A stretch of DNA of 64,000 nt from Bdellovibrionales bacterium (lineage in GTDB: Bacteria > Bdellovibrionota > Bdellovibrionia > Bdellovibrionales > UBA1609). Under the pieces are notes generated by a model, which saw only the letters and a list, made by a program, of their open reading frames with translations, was not told the origin of the DNA and did no database searches. Of the stretch, positions 34,964 through 46,108 are shown one piece after another. Position 1 is the first letter of the stretch. Every line of letters starts with the position of its first letter. The position numbers and the translations under genes were made by a program. The DNA lies in NCBI GenBank assembly GCA_965205945.1, contig CBDBIB010000001.1, forward strand, positions 352,001 to 416,000. Direction: 5' to 3'.

Positions 34964-35473
34964 ATGAAGATAGAACAAAATATCGAATGGATACAAGAAC
35001 TCATTCGCAATGAGCAGCAAATGGAAACATCAGGACTTATTGATTTTTCTCCCATCATAAATAAGGACCACATTATTTTATCTTCTTCCATTGAGTTTTT
35101 AAAAAACTTAAAATCTGAATTTATAAAAAACGCTGATATTTTTAATCAATTAAAAGGAAATTCAAATGGAACCATTAAAATTTATGGAATTGCAAAAACT
35201 CATGCTGATTTTATGATTTTTAGAAACGGCTATAAACTTGTTTTTAATATGCTCCACCCTGGAAAAATTCAAATTACATTTCACCACATGTCTTCACCAT
35301 TTTTAGCATCGACCTCACCCCAATCAACCCCCCCAAGTATTCCAAATGGAATTCTTGAAGCTACATGGGGGGCTTTTAATGAGGTTAGATGGGTAAGTGA
35401 TAAAAAGCCTGTAAATCAAAATCACTTAGTTAGGTTTTACTTAAGAAGTTTTGTACAAAATTCAACAAAGTAA
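34964..35473 (+). CDS. Hypothetical protein
   Basis: 169-aa ORF with GGGGG RBS-like run. Confidence 0.75.
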   Translation: MKIEQNIEWIQELIRNEQQMETSGLIDFSPIINKDHIILSSSIEFLKNLKSEFIKNADIFNQLKGNSNGTIKIYGIAKTHADFMIFRNGYKLVFNMLHPGKIQITFHHMSSPFLASTSPQSTPPSIPNGILEATWGAFNEVRWVSDKKPVNQNHLVRFYLRSFVQNSTK

Positions 35474-35477
35474 GCTG

Positions 35478-35867
35478 CTACTTAATTGCTTTTAACACTT
35501 TTTCTAAAGCCTCAAGTTCATTAAGATTTATATTTACTTCCTGTGCAATTTGAAATGCCTTTTCACCTTTTTTTAAACGAGCAACAATATCTTGATATGT
35601 CACAACATCTATTCCTTTTTTAATAGATGAGACTCTATCCCCTGTAGCCTCTAACAAACTTTCTAGGCCTATTATTTTAACCGCAGAGTTTTTATTAAGT
35701 TTATACAGTATGAAAACCAACACAAATTGAATTAAAAATATAATTAAAAATATAATTAAAAATAAGGTGACCTGATCGCCTCTAATTATAAAATCTAATA
35801 AAACCTGCTTTAAAGGCTGGCTAATCGTTTCACTAGCTAAATTACTCATAAATAAATTATGAAGCAC
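35478..35867 (-). CDS. Hypothetical membrane-anchored protein with HTH-like C-terminus
   Basis: TM segment, then LKKGEKAFQIAQEVNINLNELE. Confidence 0.6.
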   Translation of the reverse strand: MLHNLFMSNLASETISQPLKQVLLDFIIRGDQVTLFLIIFLIIFLIQFVLVFILYKLNKNSAVKIIGLESLLEATGDRVSSIKKGIDVVTYQDIVARLKKGEKAFQIAQEVNINLNELEALEKVLKAIK

Positions 35868-35881
35868 TTTAAAGCCTACGC

Positions 35882-37060
35882 CTAGGCCAGTTCTTTAATA
35901 AATTCTTTAATTCTTACTACACCTTTTATAAAAACCTCTTCACTTACAACAAAACTCATTCTTATAAAGCCTGGACAACCAAATTCAAAGCCAGGAACAA
36001 CAACAACTGCTTTTTTCTCCAAAAGAAGCTTACAAAATTCTGAATCTGTCATTTTAAACTTTTCTAAGACACCTAATATATTCACCCAAAAATAAAAGGC
36101 TCCTTTAGGTTTTTGCAAGCTTACACCATCAATGGACAACAAAAGATCATAGCCTTTTTTTGCACGAGTCTTAAGTATTGCAACGGATTTTGCTATATCC
36201 GCATGAGCCCCTCTTACTCCCGCCTCTGTGGCAACTTGTGCCATAGCATTTGGACAGCCTGTTGTTTGACTCTGATATTTTGAAATCACTCCTATAATAT
36301 CAGTTCCGCCAATAGCCCAACCAATTCGCCAGCCTGTCATGGAGTAAGCTTTTGAAGCTCCGTTAATAACCACTGTTCTTTTAAAAAAAGATGGTTCTAC
36401 ATCAAATAAATGGGGACACTCACCTTCTTTGCCCCAATAAAGATCAGCATAAATATCGTCTAAAATAATTTGAACATCAGGATATGATTTTAAACAGTCT
36501 ACTAAAATTTCATAATCTTTTTTGTCAAATATATTACCCGAAGGATTATTCGGAGAATTTATCAATAAAACCTTAACTCCAGAGGCTAGAGCTTTTTTAA
36601 GATTAGTTTTTGAAAGAGAAAGATCAGGATTTAAAGAAATCAACTCTGAGACTCCATTAGAAATTTTAACCATTGTTGTGTAGCTGGCCCAAAAAGGAAC
36701 AAAAATTCCAACCTTATCCCCTGGATTCAATAAACCCCACAGGGCTTCTTGAATTGCATATTTAGCTCCTGGAGTGATCACTATATTTTTATTACTAACT
36801 TTAAGTCCATAGCGTTTTGAAAATTTATTAACCAAAGCATTCTTAAGTTCTGCTGTGCCTGAGGCTGGAGTATACTTAGTTCTACCGTCTGTAATCGCTT
36901 TAAGACCAGCGGCCTTACACACTCCAAATGTTTCCCAGTCGGGCTCTCCCACAGACAAGGACACTACATCAACACCTTTAGATTTAAGTTCCATGGCTTT
37001 TGTTGCCAGTGCTAATGTTGGTGAATCCTTAATTTCATCAGATCTTTTTGACAACTTCAC
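35882..37060 (-). CDS. Class I/II PLP-dependent aminotransferase (aspartate aminotransferase-like)
   Basis: GEPD, NSPNNPSG, DDIY, SKAYSMTGWRIG. Confidence 0.92.
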   Translation of the reverse strand: MKLSKRSDEIKDSPTLALATKAMELKSKGVDVVSLSVGEPDWETFGVCKAAGLKAITDGRTKYTPASGTAELKNALVNKFSKRYGLKVSNKNIVITPGAKYAIQEALWGLLNPGDKVGIFVPFWASYTTMVKISNGVSELISLNPDLSLSKTNLKKALASGVKVLLINSPNNPSGNIFDKKDYEILVDCLKSYPDVQIILDDIYADLYWGKEGECPHLFDVEPSFFKRTVVINGASKAYSMTGWRIGWAIGGTDIIGVISKYQSQTTGCPNAMAQVATEAGVRGAHADIAKSVAILKTRAKKGYDLLLSIDGVSLQKPKGAFYFWVNILGVLEKFKMTDSEFCKLLLEKKAVVVVPGFEFGCPGFIRMSFVVSEEVFIKGVVRIKEFIKELA

Positions 37061-37569
37061 TTTTTATCACCTCTTAATTCTTTTATTTTCAACACCAGTG
37101 CATCTTCAATATGCTCAGGAACAAATTTTAAAACACTTCCTTTATACATTGCAATTTCCTTAACCAGCCTTGACGATAAGTCTCTAAATTGAGGCCTGCA
37201 ACACAACAATAAAGTTTCACAGTCAGAAAACATTTCATAATTTACATTGGCCAACGCCTGCTCTGCCCTAAAATCAACAGAGGATCGTGCTCCACGCACA
37301 ATACAGTTTACTTTATATTCTTTTACAAAATCTATAGTTAAACCCGGCCATCCTATCACATCAACCTTATTTTTATCTAAAAGATCCAACTTAGCTACAG
37401 TTTCTTGAATTAATTTAACACGTTCTTTTACTGTAAATATTAAATTTTTATTAAATGGTTGGGCCACAAGTATATATAATTTATCAAAAAATCTATGAGC
37501 ACGCTCTATTATATCAATATGACCATTTGTTAACGGATCAAAACTTCCAGGGTACACCGCTCTTTTCAT
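37057..37569 (-). CDS. coaD: Phosphopantetheine adenylyltransferase
   Basis: YPGSFDPLTNGHIDII, VRGAR, SSRLVKEIA. Confidence 0.95.
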   Translation of the reverse strand: MKRAVYPGSFDPLTNGHIDIIERAHRFFDKLYILVAQPFNKNLIFTVKERVKLIQETVAKLDLLDKNKVDVIGWPGLTIDFVKEYKVNCIVRGARSSVDFRAEQALANVNYEMFSDCETLLLCCRPQFRDLSSRLVKEIAMYKGSVLKFVPEHIEDALVLKIKELRGDKK

Positions 37570-37579
37570 AAATCCTCCT

Positions 37580-38128
37580 TTATATGTTTTTTACTACATA
37601 AGTATATAAAGATTTATCTCCATAATTCTTCATCTTTTCTACAATTAAACTCCCGCATTCATCCACAATCTCCTCACCCTTAACATATTCAATAAAAACC
37701 TGAGAGCCTTGATTAAAAGCTTTTGATTCAGCCAAAGCTTTTAATACTTTAGCACCGATTTTTTGGGTAAAAGGTGGATCAATTAAAATATAATCAAAAC
37801 TCTCATTAACTTTAGTTAAAAATAAAAAAATATCTTGTGATCTGTATATAGATGCAAATCCTGCAGATAAGAGCGTCTTATTTTTTAAAAAAATTTTCCT
37901 TGAGTCATCTCCACTATCAACAGACCAAACCACCTTAGCACCTCTAGATATAGCTTCAAAACTAAGACTCCCCGTACCTGTAAATAAATCTAATACTCTA
38001 GCCCCTACAATATCAGACCCAATCATATTAAATATTGTCTCCTTTACTCTATCCGTTGTAGGACGAATCTGATTTGACATAAACTTTATAAGCTTTCGTC
38101 CACCCCATTTTCCAGAAATAATTCTCAC
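37580..38128 (-). CDS. rsmD: 16S rRNA m2G966 methyltransferase
   Basis: MRIISGKWGGRKL, RPTTDRVKE, LDLFTGTG, DPPF. Confidence 0.93.
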   Translation of the reverse strand: MRIISGKWGGRKLIKFMSNQIRPTTDRVKETIFNMIGSDIVGARVLDLFTGTGSLSFEAISRGAKVVWSVDSGDDSRKIFLKNKTLLSAGFASIYRSQDIFLFLTKVNESFDYILIDPPFTQKIGAKVLKALAESKAFNQGSQVFIEYVKGEEIVDECGSLIVEKMKNYGDKSLYTYVVKNI

Positions 38129-38472
38129 AACAAATTCTCCACTTTAGATAAGATTGCAGCAAAATCTTTAAATGGTTTTTTTAAAAAAGTTACATTAAAT
38201 TTTGAAAAATCTTTTTTTTCAAGGTCATCCATAAATGCCGACATAAGATAAAGGTGAGAAACATCATTAAGATACCCTTCAAGAGCCAGTTCCTTTGAAC
38301 TTCCATCTACTAAAACATAATCTAAGAAAACAACATCTATTTTTTGATTCTTTAAAATTTCTTTAGTTTCAATAATACTCTTGGTTGCTACACATTCAAA
38401 TCCTATTTGTTTTAACTTTCTCATTAAAATTCTAGAAATTGCAGGCTCATCCTCTACAACTAAAGCTTTCAC
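38125..38472 (-). CDS. Single-domain response regulator
   Basis: VVEDE, VFLD, MSA, KKPF; GTG start at 38472 after GGAG. Confidence 0.85.
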   Translation of the reverse strand: MKALVVEDEPAISRILMRKLKQIGFECVATKSIIETKEILKNQKIDVVFLDYVLVDGSSKELALEGYLNDVSHLYLMSAFMDDLEKKDFSKFNVTFLKKPFKDFAAILSKVENLL

Positions 38473-38488
38473 TATAGACTCTCCAATT

Positions 38489-40249
38489 TTACATAAGTGG
38501 AATATTAATACTAAAGTAAGCTCCCTTATCCTGCAAGCTTCCAAAAGAAAGATTTCCTTTATGCAACTTTACAAACTCATTTACTAAGAATAAACCAAAC
38601 CCACTACCTTTTTCCTTATTCTTAGTTCCAAATAAAGACACATTATTCATATCATCAGGAATTCCTGGCCCTGTATCTTTAAATAACAATACAGCCTCAC
38701 ATTCATTCTTTTTAAGAGAAATTCTAATAATACCTTTTCCATTCATAGCCTCAACAGAATTTTTAATAACATTAAAAATTAACTGACTCAAAAGCGTATT
38801 AGATCCAAAAATCCAAATATCTTCATCTAAATCCATAAAAATCGATGTATTTCTCGTCAACACCTTTGTTAAAATCAATGAACTTTTCACAACTTTTGAA
38901 AAATTTATTCTAACGAATTTAATTTTTTTAGATGAGAACTTCTTTAAATCCTCAATAATGGAAAGACACCTTCCTGCTGCAGATGAAATTTCTAATAAAT
39001 CCTCAGTTGTTTTCCCTTTAAAATCACGACTCATTTCATAAGAAAGTTCTAATATTCCAGTTAAAGGATTATTAAGTTCATGGGTTAGAGTTTGAGTAAC
39101 AAGCCCTAAACTTTGAAGCTTGCCTCTTTGAATTTTTATAGATTCTCTTTTTTTAGAATTATCTTCGGTTTCATAAATATGAAGATAAAAACTATTACTC
39201 AAGCTCTTCACCTTAGAAGAGTGCACTACATATGCTTCGTCTGATAAAATAACTTCTCTAACAAAAGATTCTTCTTGATTTTCGTTTACTATAGGGCAGC
39301 CCTTACATGGAGCATCTTTATTAAACATATATTTATAACATTTTAAATTAAGACTATCTCTATGGTTTGAAAAAAGAATTTTAAAATCAGAACTAATCAA
39401 AAGAGAAGTGCTCTGAATTTGTTGAAATGCTTGTGAAAGAAAATATGAATTTTTAGATAGGCGCTCACTTTGAAGAACTCGAATAAAATTTGTGAAGAGA
39501 AGTTTTTTTAGCATCATTAAAAAATAATCTTTTTCAAAAAATTCTTCTTGAGACTCAAAAAGAGCGTACAAATTATCTCCTGTATCTAAGGACTCTGAAT
39601 AAATCTTAAAATAATTTAAAACTGGCCTTGATAGTAAGTTTGCAAAATTTTTCCTGTCTTTTATAAATGTAAGCCAATTTGTAACATTCTTTATTCCATT
39701 AATTTTTCTAGCAGCGTTTCTTGTACATAAGAATCCCTCCTCAGCATTAATATAAATTAATGATACTTTTATACCTTTGCGCTTTAAGAGCCTTAGATTT
39801 TCTGTTTCATAAACAAGCTGCTCAATAGTATTTACACCCAACAAACGTATAACATACTCACCAAGCCCTTTAACATTAACAGACTCTTTTTTATAAACAT
39901 TTGATTCTTCCTTTAATAACGATGTCAATTTTACTGTATCATGAATCTGATCATCTATTGCACTCATTGCCAGTTTATTTTGATCTATCTGATCTATTTT
40001 AAAATTTTCTTCCAAAACCTCTTTAATCTTTTTAAACGATTCATTCTTTGAAAAAAAGAAATTAAATATATTAAAAGAGCCTAAAGTATTAATATCACCC
40101 CAAAAAACTTTTTTAGTTCTCCTAAGAAAGTTATAGGCTTCTTCATCTTTATCTAATAAAACATAATCATACAATGCTATCTTTTCTTTTGTATTTTCAA
40201 AGAAAACACTTTCATTTACAAGATTCTTATATGGCGTGCACAACTTCAC
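38489..40249 (-). CDS. Sensor histidine kinase
   Basis: THELNNPL, NVIKNS, DTGPGI, GSGFGL; CYK...PCKGCP PAS-associated motif. Confidence 0.9.
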   Translation of the reverse strand: MKLCTPYKNLVNESVFFENTKEKIALYDYVLLDKDEEAYNFLRRTKKVFWGDINTLGSFNIFNFFFSKNESFKKIKEVLEENFKIDQIDQNKLAMSAIDDQIHDTVKLTSLLKEESNVYKKESVNVKGLGEYVIRLLGVNTIEQLVYETENLRLLKRKGIKVSLIYINAEEGFLCTRNAARKINGIKNVTNWLTFIKDRKNFANLLSRPVLNYFKIYSESLDTGDNLYALFESQEEFFEKDYFLMMLKKLLFTNFIRVLQSERLSKNSYFLSQAFQQIQSTSLLISSDFKILFSNHRDSLNLKCYKYMFNKDAPCKGCPIVNENQEESFVREVILSDEAYVVHSSKVKSLSNSFYLHIYETEDNSKKRESIKIQRGKLQSLGLVTQTLTHELNNPLTGILELSYEMSRDFKGKTTEDLLEISSAAGRCLSIIEDLKKFSSKKIKFVRINFSKVVKSSLILTKVLTRNTSIFMDLDEDIWIFGSNTLLSQLIFNVIKNSVEAMNGKGIIRISLKKNECEAVLLFKDTGPGIPDDMNNVSLFGTKNKEKGSGFGLFLVNEFVKLHKGNLSFGSLQDKGAYFSINIPLM

Positions 40250-40590
40250 GAGATTTTTTCTAAAACCTCTTTTTCAACTAAAATACTTAAGTTTTTATCC
40301 TGATTGATTATTGTGATTACATAATCATCTTTTTCTTTACTTAAAGTAAGGTACTCATTACGATAACTCATATCTAAGTTAAAAGTTTTCCAGTCTATCA
40401 TAGAGTATGTAATAATTTTATTCTCTGATTCTATTAAAGCTTCAATCAGATACTTTCGTGTTAAAAAAAAATGCTTTATATCAACTGCATCAAGACGTTT
40501 AAATTCTAAGATAGCTAAGTCATTCAAACGAATAATCTCCTCTAAGATTTTATTCCTTTCAACAACAAAACTAAGTATTTTCTTTTCCAA
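40246..40590 (-). CDS. Hypothetical helical protein
   Basis: TTG start after GGGGG; overlaps the kinase start. Confidence 0.65.
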   Translation of the reverse strand: MEKKILSFVVERNKILEEIIRLNDLAILEFKRLDAVDIKHFFLTRKYLIEALIESENKIITYSMIDWKTFNLDMSYRNEYLTLSKEKDDYVITIINQDKNLSILVEKEVLEKIS

Positions 40591-40849
40591 TTAAACCCCC
40601 ATAAGATTATTCCTAGTAAATATTATAAATGATGATTCATATAAGCTGTTAGCCAATAATTTGGCTTGCATCACTAAGTCTAGTGTTAGCACCAGCTTAA
40701 TTATAATTCTTAAAAATTATAATAGTTTATAACAGCTGGCCAAAAGTTTAACAGACTAGTTTTGTTTCATTACAATACAATTTTTCTTTCTATATTCATC
40801 TTTTTGACTCTAAAAGCAGTTACCTTGGCTAAGAAAAAATGCCCCTGCT

Positions 40850-40866
40850 TTGGCACAGATTATGCT
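40850..40866 (+). promoter_or_regulatory. sigma54 (-24/-12) promoter
   Basis: TTGGCACAGATTATGCT, GG-N10-GC. Confidence 0.7.
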
Positions 40867-40902
40867 CCTTTAAAAACAAAAGATCGCTCGGGGGGGGGCT
40901 TT

Positions 40903-42012
40903 ATGATTAAAACAAAGATTCTTTATATCCTGCCTATTTTAGCATTAAGTTTTTTTGTGTTTGTGAACTCAAATTTTAACCCTAGTACAAATAAAGCTCA
41001 AAACTCTACTAACACTCAAATTTTCAACCTTCACAATACAAATATAAATCAAAACACTAAATCGATTAAAAACAAGAAGCACTCTCTTGCTTTAATCAAT
41101 ACTTATAAACACCGTTTAGCTAAAAGTAATTTAGCTAAAAGGCGCTCTAATGCAAGCCAAAACACTCAAGTAAAGCAAGATTTTCTTAAAAAAAATCCTA
41201 AATCTTTAAATAATAAAGTTAAAGCCCAAGCCTCTTATAAAAATTCAAAAGAAGAAAAAGAGAAAAAAGAAAAAAAAGATGCTAAGCAAATAGCAGAAAA
41301 AACTAAAGGCAGTAAGGGAGAAAAAAAACCTGTTTCAAACAAAATTCTCTTTGAAAAAACAAATAGCTCATCTACATTTTCTAACAATAACTCTTCTATA
41401 TTTTTTAATTCCATTAATTTAAAGAAAAAAAATAGCTCTAAAAATGAAGTTAAAGACCCTTTTAAAAAGAAAAACGACTTCATTATAACGTTTAACCAAA
41501 ATCCTTTAACTTTAGAGGCTGAATATTTTAAAGCTTTTTCTATATCTTATTTTAATAATCTTTTAATAAACGAGCAACTTCAAGAGTTTAGTCAAGATTT
41601 AAAATTAATTTTAAAAACAAAGAACAACTCCACTAAATTAAGCCATGCTTATACAGCAGCTCTAAATTTTTTATTTACCAAAGAAAATGAAGATTTTATT
41701 TTATATGATAATTTTTTGCGCACACAGTTTTTAAAACATTCTTTAGCTGTTAGCATCTCAAAAACTTTTTCTGACAAAACTCTATCCTTAGAGCAAATTG
41801 AATACTCTGCAGAATTATTAAACGATTTAGTTTTATCTTGGGATTCTAGTAAGGATGAGAATAATCAGTTTATCCAAATATATGAACTTTCTGTTTTAAA
41901 CGCCATTAACCCAGATATAGCCAACAATGAAGCCTTATTAACTTTACAAAGTTCTATCACTACAACTTTATTTAATATTTCTAATAGCAGTGTTGAAATT
42001 TCTGCAAATTAA
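40903..42012 (+). CDS. Hypothetical exported protein with Lys/Asn/Ser-rich linker
   Basis: ORF track from 40762; ATG at 40903 follows a G9 run and gives a signal/TM segment. Confidence 0.75.
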   Translation: MIKTKILYILPILALSFFVFVNSNFNPSTNKAQNSTNTQIFNLHNTNINQNTKSIKNKKHSLALINTYKHRLAKSNLAKRRSNASQNTQVKQDFLKKNPKSLNNKVKAQASYKNSKEEKEKKEKKDAKQIAEKTKGSKGEKKPVSNKILFEKTNSSSTFSNNNSSIFFNSINLKKKNSSKNEVKDPFKKKNDFIITFNQNPLTLEAEYFKAFSISYFNNLLINEQLQEFSQDLKLILKTKNNSTKLSHAYTAALNFLFTKENEDFILYDNFLRTQFLKHSLAVSISKTFSDKTLSLEQIEYSAELLNDLVLSWDSSKDENNQFIQIYELSVLNAINPDIANNEALLTLQSSITTTLFNISNSSVEISAN

Positions 42013-42028
42013 AGCTAATTTAATGTAA

Positions 42029-42727
42029 ATGAAAATACTATTTCTTGTATTTCTTATGGCCCCTTACTTAAGCTTTGCTGGCGTAATTCCTACCGGTATT
42101 TCTACAGATCAAATTAAGCATGTTAGTGAAAAATTTGCAGGACTTTTTTCTTTAAACACCTCAAATTCACCTTTTGCTCTTGGAGAAGATCTTGAAGTCG
42201 AATTAACCGTAATTTATCAAAATCTTAAACTAAACAATATTAACAATATCGCCGCTATATCAAGCAAAAGTATTATTGAACCTATGGCTTCAATAAGAAA
42301 AGGACTTTATTGGAATTTTGATGTAAGTTTTACTTTTATCCTCCCCGTTAAAAGTCAGTTCTCGTCTGGATACGCTTTTAATCTAAATCATTCAAGTAAG
42401 CTTGGTTTATTTTATATTAAACCTGAACTTTTCATATCAAATTATAATTTAAATGATATATTAAACCTAAACTCATCAGGATTAAGTATTGTTACTTTTA
42501 AAAAAATTAATTTTTTCTATTTAGGGCTTGGGCTACGAAGCGAGTTTATTAAAGGAACCTATGAAAAAAAAATCCTTAACAGCAAAACTAATAAAACTAA
42601 TTTCATATCAACTTCTGTTGTTACAAAACTTTTTTTTAAATCTACTAACCTGCGCCTAACCCTAACTTATAGCTTTTTAAATACTTATAAATCTGAATCT
42701 GGACTATCTTTAAGCTTTAGGCTTTAA
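42029..42727 (+). CDS. Putative outer-membrane beta-barrel protein
   Basis: Signal peptide (SFA); alternating beta-strand pattern; ends GLSLSFRL. Confidence 0.6.
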   Translation: MKILFLVFLMAPYLSFAGVIPTGISTDQIKHVSEKFAGLFSLNTSNSPFALGEDLEVELTVIYQNLKLNNINNIAAISSKSIIEPMASIRKGLYWNFDVSFTFILPVKSQFSSGYAFNLNHSSKLGLFYIKPELFISNYNLNDILNLNSSGLSIVTFKKINFFYLGLGLRSEFIKGTYEKKILNSKTNKTNFISTSVVTKLFFKSTNLRLTLTYSFLNTYKSESGLSLSFRL

Positions 42728-43134
42728 ATTCTTTTTATTAAATCTGTTGAAGAAAATCCCTCATAAAACTTTAAAGACTTCACCTCCCCACCCCAGGATA
42801 AAACTTGCTTTGCCCCAACAATATTAGAAATTTTATAATCTCCACCTTTTACCAAAATATCTGGATGAACTTTCAGTATTAAATTTAAAGGCGTGTCTTC
42901 TTTAAAAAGATAAACTTCATCAACGCATGAAAGGGCTAAAAGAACCTCTAGCCTATTATTTTCAGAAACAACAGGTCTTCTCTCACCTTTTAATCTTTTA
43001 ACACTTTCATCTGAGTTTAGGCCAATAACTAATTTTGATCCAAGATTTCTTGCTTGTTGCAAATGTCTAATATGACCAACGTGAAGAAGGTCAAAACAAC
43101 CATTTGTAAATACTACCTTCTCTTTTTTTTTCAT
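42724..43134 (-). CDS. rfaE2: D-glycero-beta-D-manno-heptose 1-phosphate adenylyltransferase (RfaE domain II)
   Basis: [35 protein letters not shown]. Confidence 0.9.
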   Translation of the reverse strand: MKKKEKVVFTNGCFDLLHVGHIRHLQQARNLGSKLVIGLNSDESVKRLKGERRPVVSENNRLEVLLALSCVDEVYLFKEDTPLNLILKVHPDILVKGGDYKISNIVGAKQVLSWGGEVKSLKFYEGFSSTDLIKRI

Positions 43135-43141
43135 ACTAGAA

Positions 43142-43885
43142 TTATTTCTTATGCTCTACATATGTTTGTAATCCTGAAAAATAATAACCCACATCTTTTT
43201 TAAGTATTGAAGATAAAAACGGGAGCAAAAACACTCCCGTACTTAAACAGGCTACTTCACGAGCCAGTACTTGCACGGGATAAACTATTTTAAAGCGCTG
43301 AACAAATAAACCTAGCTGGTGTCTACTTGACCACTCACCTAAAGTCTTTCCAAAAAACACTCTTGTAAAGAGTTTATATGATAAAAAATACGCTGCAAAA
43401 ACCACAAAAACTTTTCCAAATTGAAAAAAATTTAAACTTAATTTTTTTTCAAAATCAAAAAAATATTTCCTAAACTCCACTAAAATTGCCACTGTTAAAA
43501 TTGTTGCAGCTAAGATTAAAAGAGTATCAATAAACGCTCCTAATAAAGATTCACTTGATTTTTTAGCAGTTTTTTTAATTAAACCATCATGGCCTGAGTG
43601 AAATAAAATTGGCTGTATAGCTTTAGAAGTTTGAAGCCTTAATTCACCATCACTTTCCACATCTAAGACTCCATCATCAAAATCCTCATGTCCGATATCC
43701 AGTGTCCCACCATCTGAATAAACCGTATCTGTATGATTCACCTCAACGGTATAATTCCCCTTAGAAACTCTATCCTTAAAACCTAAACCTTTAGTTAATG
43801 GTTTGGTTTCTAAAAGATTCTCATCAATATCATCAAATATATTCCCTATTTTATCTTCACCATTAAAACCGCTATTCTTATCCAT
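43142..43885 (-). CDS. RDD-family-like membrane protein
   Basis: [10 protein letters not shown]-terminus; AFIDTLL; GKTLGE; several TM segments. Confidence 0.65.
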   Translation of the reverse strand: MDKNSGFNGEDKIGNIFDDIDENLLETKPLTKGLGFKDRVSKGNYTVEVNHTDTVYSDGGTLDIGHEDFDDGVLDVESDGELRLQTSKAIQPILFHSGHDGLIKKTAKKSSESLLGAFIDTLLILAATILTVAILVEFRKYFFDFEKKLSLNFFQFGKVFVVFAAYFLSYKLFTRVFFGKTLGEWSSRHQLGLFVQRFKIVYPVQVLAREVACLSTGVFLLPFLSSILKKDVGYYFSGLQTYVEHKK

Positions 43886-43913
43886 AATATTTTTTCCTTA
43901 ACTACCTTGTATA

Positions 43914-44663
43914 TCACCAGATTTTAAATTTAGATTTTAAAATGGATATGCCAGCTACGCAAGCAGTTTCAACCTTTAGAATTTGCTTGCCCAACAAAAG
44001 GGCCTGAAAACCTACTAAGGTTGCACTAAAAACTTCTTTTTCTAAAAAACCACCCTCACCACCAATAAGAATAAAAATATTTTCACATTTTTCACATAGA
44101 TCTTCAGAATGAAACTCTAGTGGTTTAGCATCTAATGCTTCATAAAATATAAAGCCTTTAGCTTGGCCATCATCAAAAAAACGCTTAAATTCTTTTAAAA
44201 AAGATTCTAAATCAAATGCCTTATGCACTTTTAAATCTTCACACCGCCCTGTCTGCTGCATGGCCTGTGTAATTATTTTTTGAATTCTATTATCTTTTAA
44301 CTTTAATTTTTCAATGTTTTTAAAAAATGATTTTTTAGTAGTTATAGGATACACACTTTTAACTCCAAGTTCTACGGCTTTTTCAATTACATTTTCAAAA
44401 ACAGCAGGACGTGGATTAGCAAGCACTAAATGAATATATGGTTTTTTTATTTTAATAACCTTTCTTCTTGATTTAATAAAAACCTTTGCACAGTTTTTAT
44501 CAATAAGCTTAACTTGAACTAAATAAGCAAAACCTTTAGATAAAAGCTCAAAGCCATCTCCCTCACTTCTTCTACAAACCTTAAAGATATGTTTGAATAG
44601 ATCTTGTTTAATAGTGACTATATCACCAACTGATATTTTTTGATTTAAAGTGTATCTACGCAT
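43914..44663 (-). CDS. rsmE: 16S rRNA m3U1498 methyltransferase
   Basis: HIFKVCR, EKAVELGV, IGGEGGF, LGKQILKVETA; follows prmA. Confidence 0.92.
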   Translation of the reverse strand: MRRYTLNQKISVGDIVTIKQDLFKHIFKVCRRSEGDGFELLSKGFAYLVQVKLIDKNCAKVFIKSRRKVIKIKKPYIHLVLANPRPAVFENVIEKAVELGVKSVYPITTKKSFFKNIEKLKLKDNRIQKIITQAMQQTGRCEDLKVHKAFDLESFLKEFKRFFDDGQAKGFIFYEALDAKPLEFHSEDLCEKCENIFILIGGEGGFLEKEVFSATLVGFQALLLGKQILKVETACVAGISILKSKFKIW

Positions 44664-45543
44664 TTTTAATAAACTCTAAGCAGGCCCATTCATCTTTTAC
44701 AGTTCTTTTAAAAAGTTTAAGTCCTTCTTGTAAAAATTCATTTCGTATGTTTTCTTCATTTTCTAATAAAATACCTGAAAGGATAAGTTTTTTCTTTGTT
44801 CTAGACACCAAGTCCTTTTTAATTCGTAAAAGAACGCCATCAATAATATTAGCAACAACTAAATCATACACCTGTGTACCTAAAAGGTCTGGGGCTACTA
44901 CTAAAACTTTAGAACAATTATTGAGCTTAAGATTTTGTCTACACTTACTTCTTGCCATTTTATCTATTTCACAAGCTGTAACTTTTAAAACACCTTGTTT
45001 AAACATAAGGCAAGACAATATTCCCGTTCCAGATCCCATATCTAAGGCGCTGTTATAGCCATGATTTTTTAAATTAAGACTATTTGATAACGCTATTAAA
45101 CACAGTTTTGTTGTAGGATGTGTTCCCGTACCAAATGCTAAACCTGGATCAACTAAAATCACTTCTTGATTATTTTTAATATTTTCTTTTTCCCATGAAG
45201 GATAAACCCATAAATTTTTAATAACACAAAAAGGTTTATAATGTTTTTTCCATTCCACTAGCCAATCTTTATCAGGCTCTAAAAAAAAGGTTGCTCCTAA
45301 TTGTTTATACTTTTTAAGTTTAACAAGAGATTCAATCTTTTCTTTATCTTTTAATAAAAAAAAAGCCTTAAGCACTGTGTATTCACGTGGGATAATTTCA
45401 GGTTCATATTTTTTATTTGTTTGAATAAAATCTAGTTCTTCTAACACCCCTAGTGCACCAAGTTTAAATAAGTTATAACAAATCTCTTCACTATTTTTTT
45501 GAAAAACTTTATTTAAATTAAGCTTAACATAAGAAGAACTCAT
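44656..45543 (-). CDS. prmA: Ribosomal protein L11 methyltransferase
   Basis: DWLVEWK, DPGLAFGTGTHPTT, LDMGSGTGIL, VVANI. Confidence 0.93.
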   Translation of the reverse strand: MSSSYVKLNLNKVFQKNSEEICYNLFKLGALGVLEELDFIQTNKKYEPEIIPREYTVLKAFFLLKDKEKIESLVKLKKYKQLGATFFLEPDKDWLVEWKKHYKPFCVIKNLWVYPSWEKENIKNNQEVILVDPGLAFGTGTHPTTKLCLIALSNSLNLKNHGYNSALDMGSGTGILSCLMFKQGVLKVTACEIDKMARSKCRQNLKLNNCSKVLVVAPDLLGTQVYDLVVANIIDGVLLRIKKDLVSRTKKKLILSGILLENEENIRNEFLQEGLKLFKRTVKDEWACLEFIKNA

Positions 45544-45547
45544 AAAT

Positions 45548-45760
45548 TCATAAGAGGTCGGCTGTTACTTGAATTTTTGATTCACTAGATGACGCTAGAA
45601 TTTCACCATTTTTTTTACTCAACTCTTCTCTTTGAACACGTTTTTCTTTTGGAGCTTCAATCCCAATTCTAACTTGTTTACCTTTAACTTGAATAACTCG
45701 AATAAGGATATCCTCATCAATTTTTATACCTTCCCCAACCTTCCTAGTAAGGACTAACAT
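45548..45760 (-). CDS. csrA: Carbon storage regulator CsrA
   Basis: [14 protein letters not shown]...[22 protein letters not shown] before the ATG at 45760. Confidence 0.95.
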   Translation of the reverse strand: MLVLTRKVGEGIKIDEDILIRVIQVKGKQVRIGIEAPKEKRVQREELSKKNGEILASSSESKIQVTADLL

Positions 45761-45886
45761 ATTCCTCCTCCACAAAACTTTAAACACTTTTATGAGAAAG
45801 TCATATTTATGTCAAAAAATTTGAAAATAAAGGTTCCATATTATATAGATACTTCCAAAGGATTGTATTAATTATAGTGTTTAGGG

Positions 45887-46108
45887 CTATTTTCTAGAGT
45901 TTTTCTCCCTTTCTACCTCCAGTTTAGTTATAAGGGCTTCTGCAATATCTTTAGAATCAGGGTTGTAAAGACCTTGCTCAAACAAAGCTTTTAGCCTTAA
46001 AAGCTTTTCTTCTTTAGATTCTGGACAAGGAGTATTTATAGCCTTCTCTTTTTTCTTAGCTTTTTTATACCTAAGTCCTTGTAAAGGCGTTACTTCTTTT
46101 GAGTTCAT
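45887..46108 (-). CDS. flgM: FlgM-like anti-sigma28 factor
   Basis: C-terminal KEEKLLRLKALFEQGLYNPDSKDIAEALI fits the FlgM pattern (EKV.RLK..I..G.Y..D...IA..L). Confidence 0.7.
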   Translation of the reverse strand: MNSKEVTPLQGLRYKKAKKKEKAINTPCPESKEEKLLRLKALFEQGLYNPDSKDIAEALITKLEVEREKNSRK

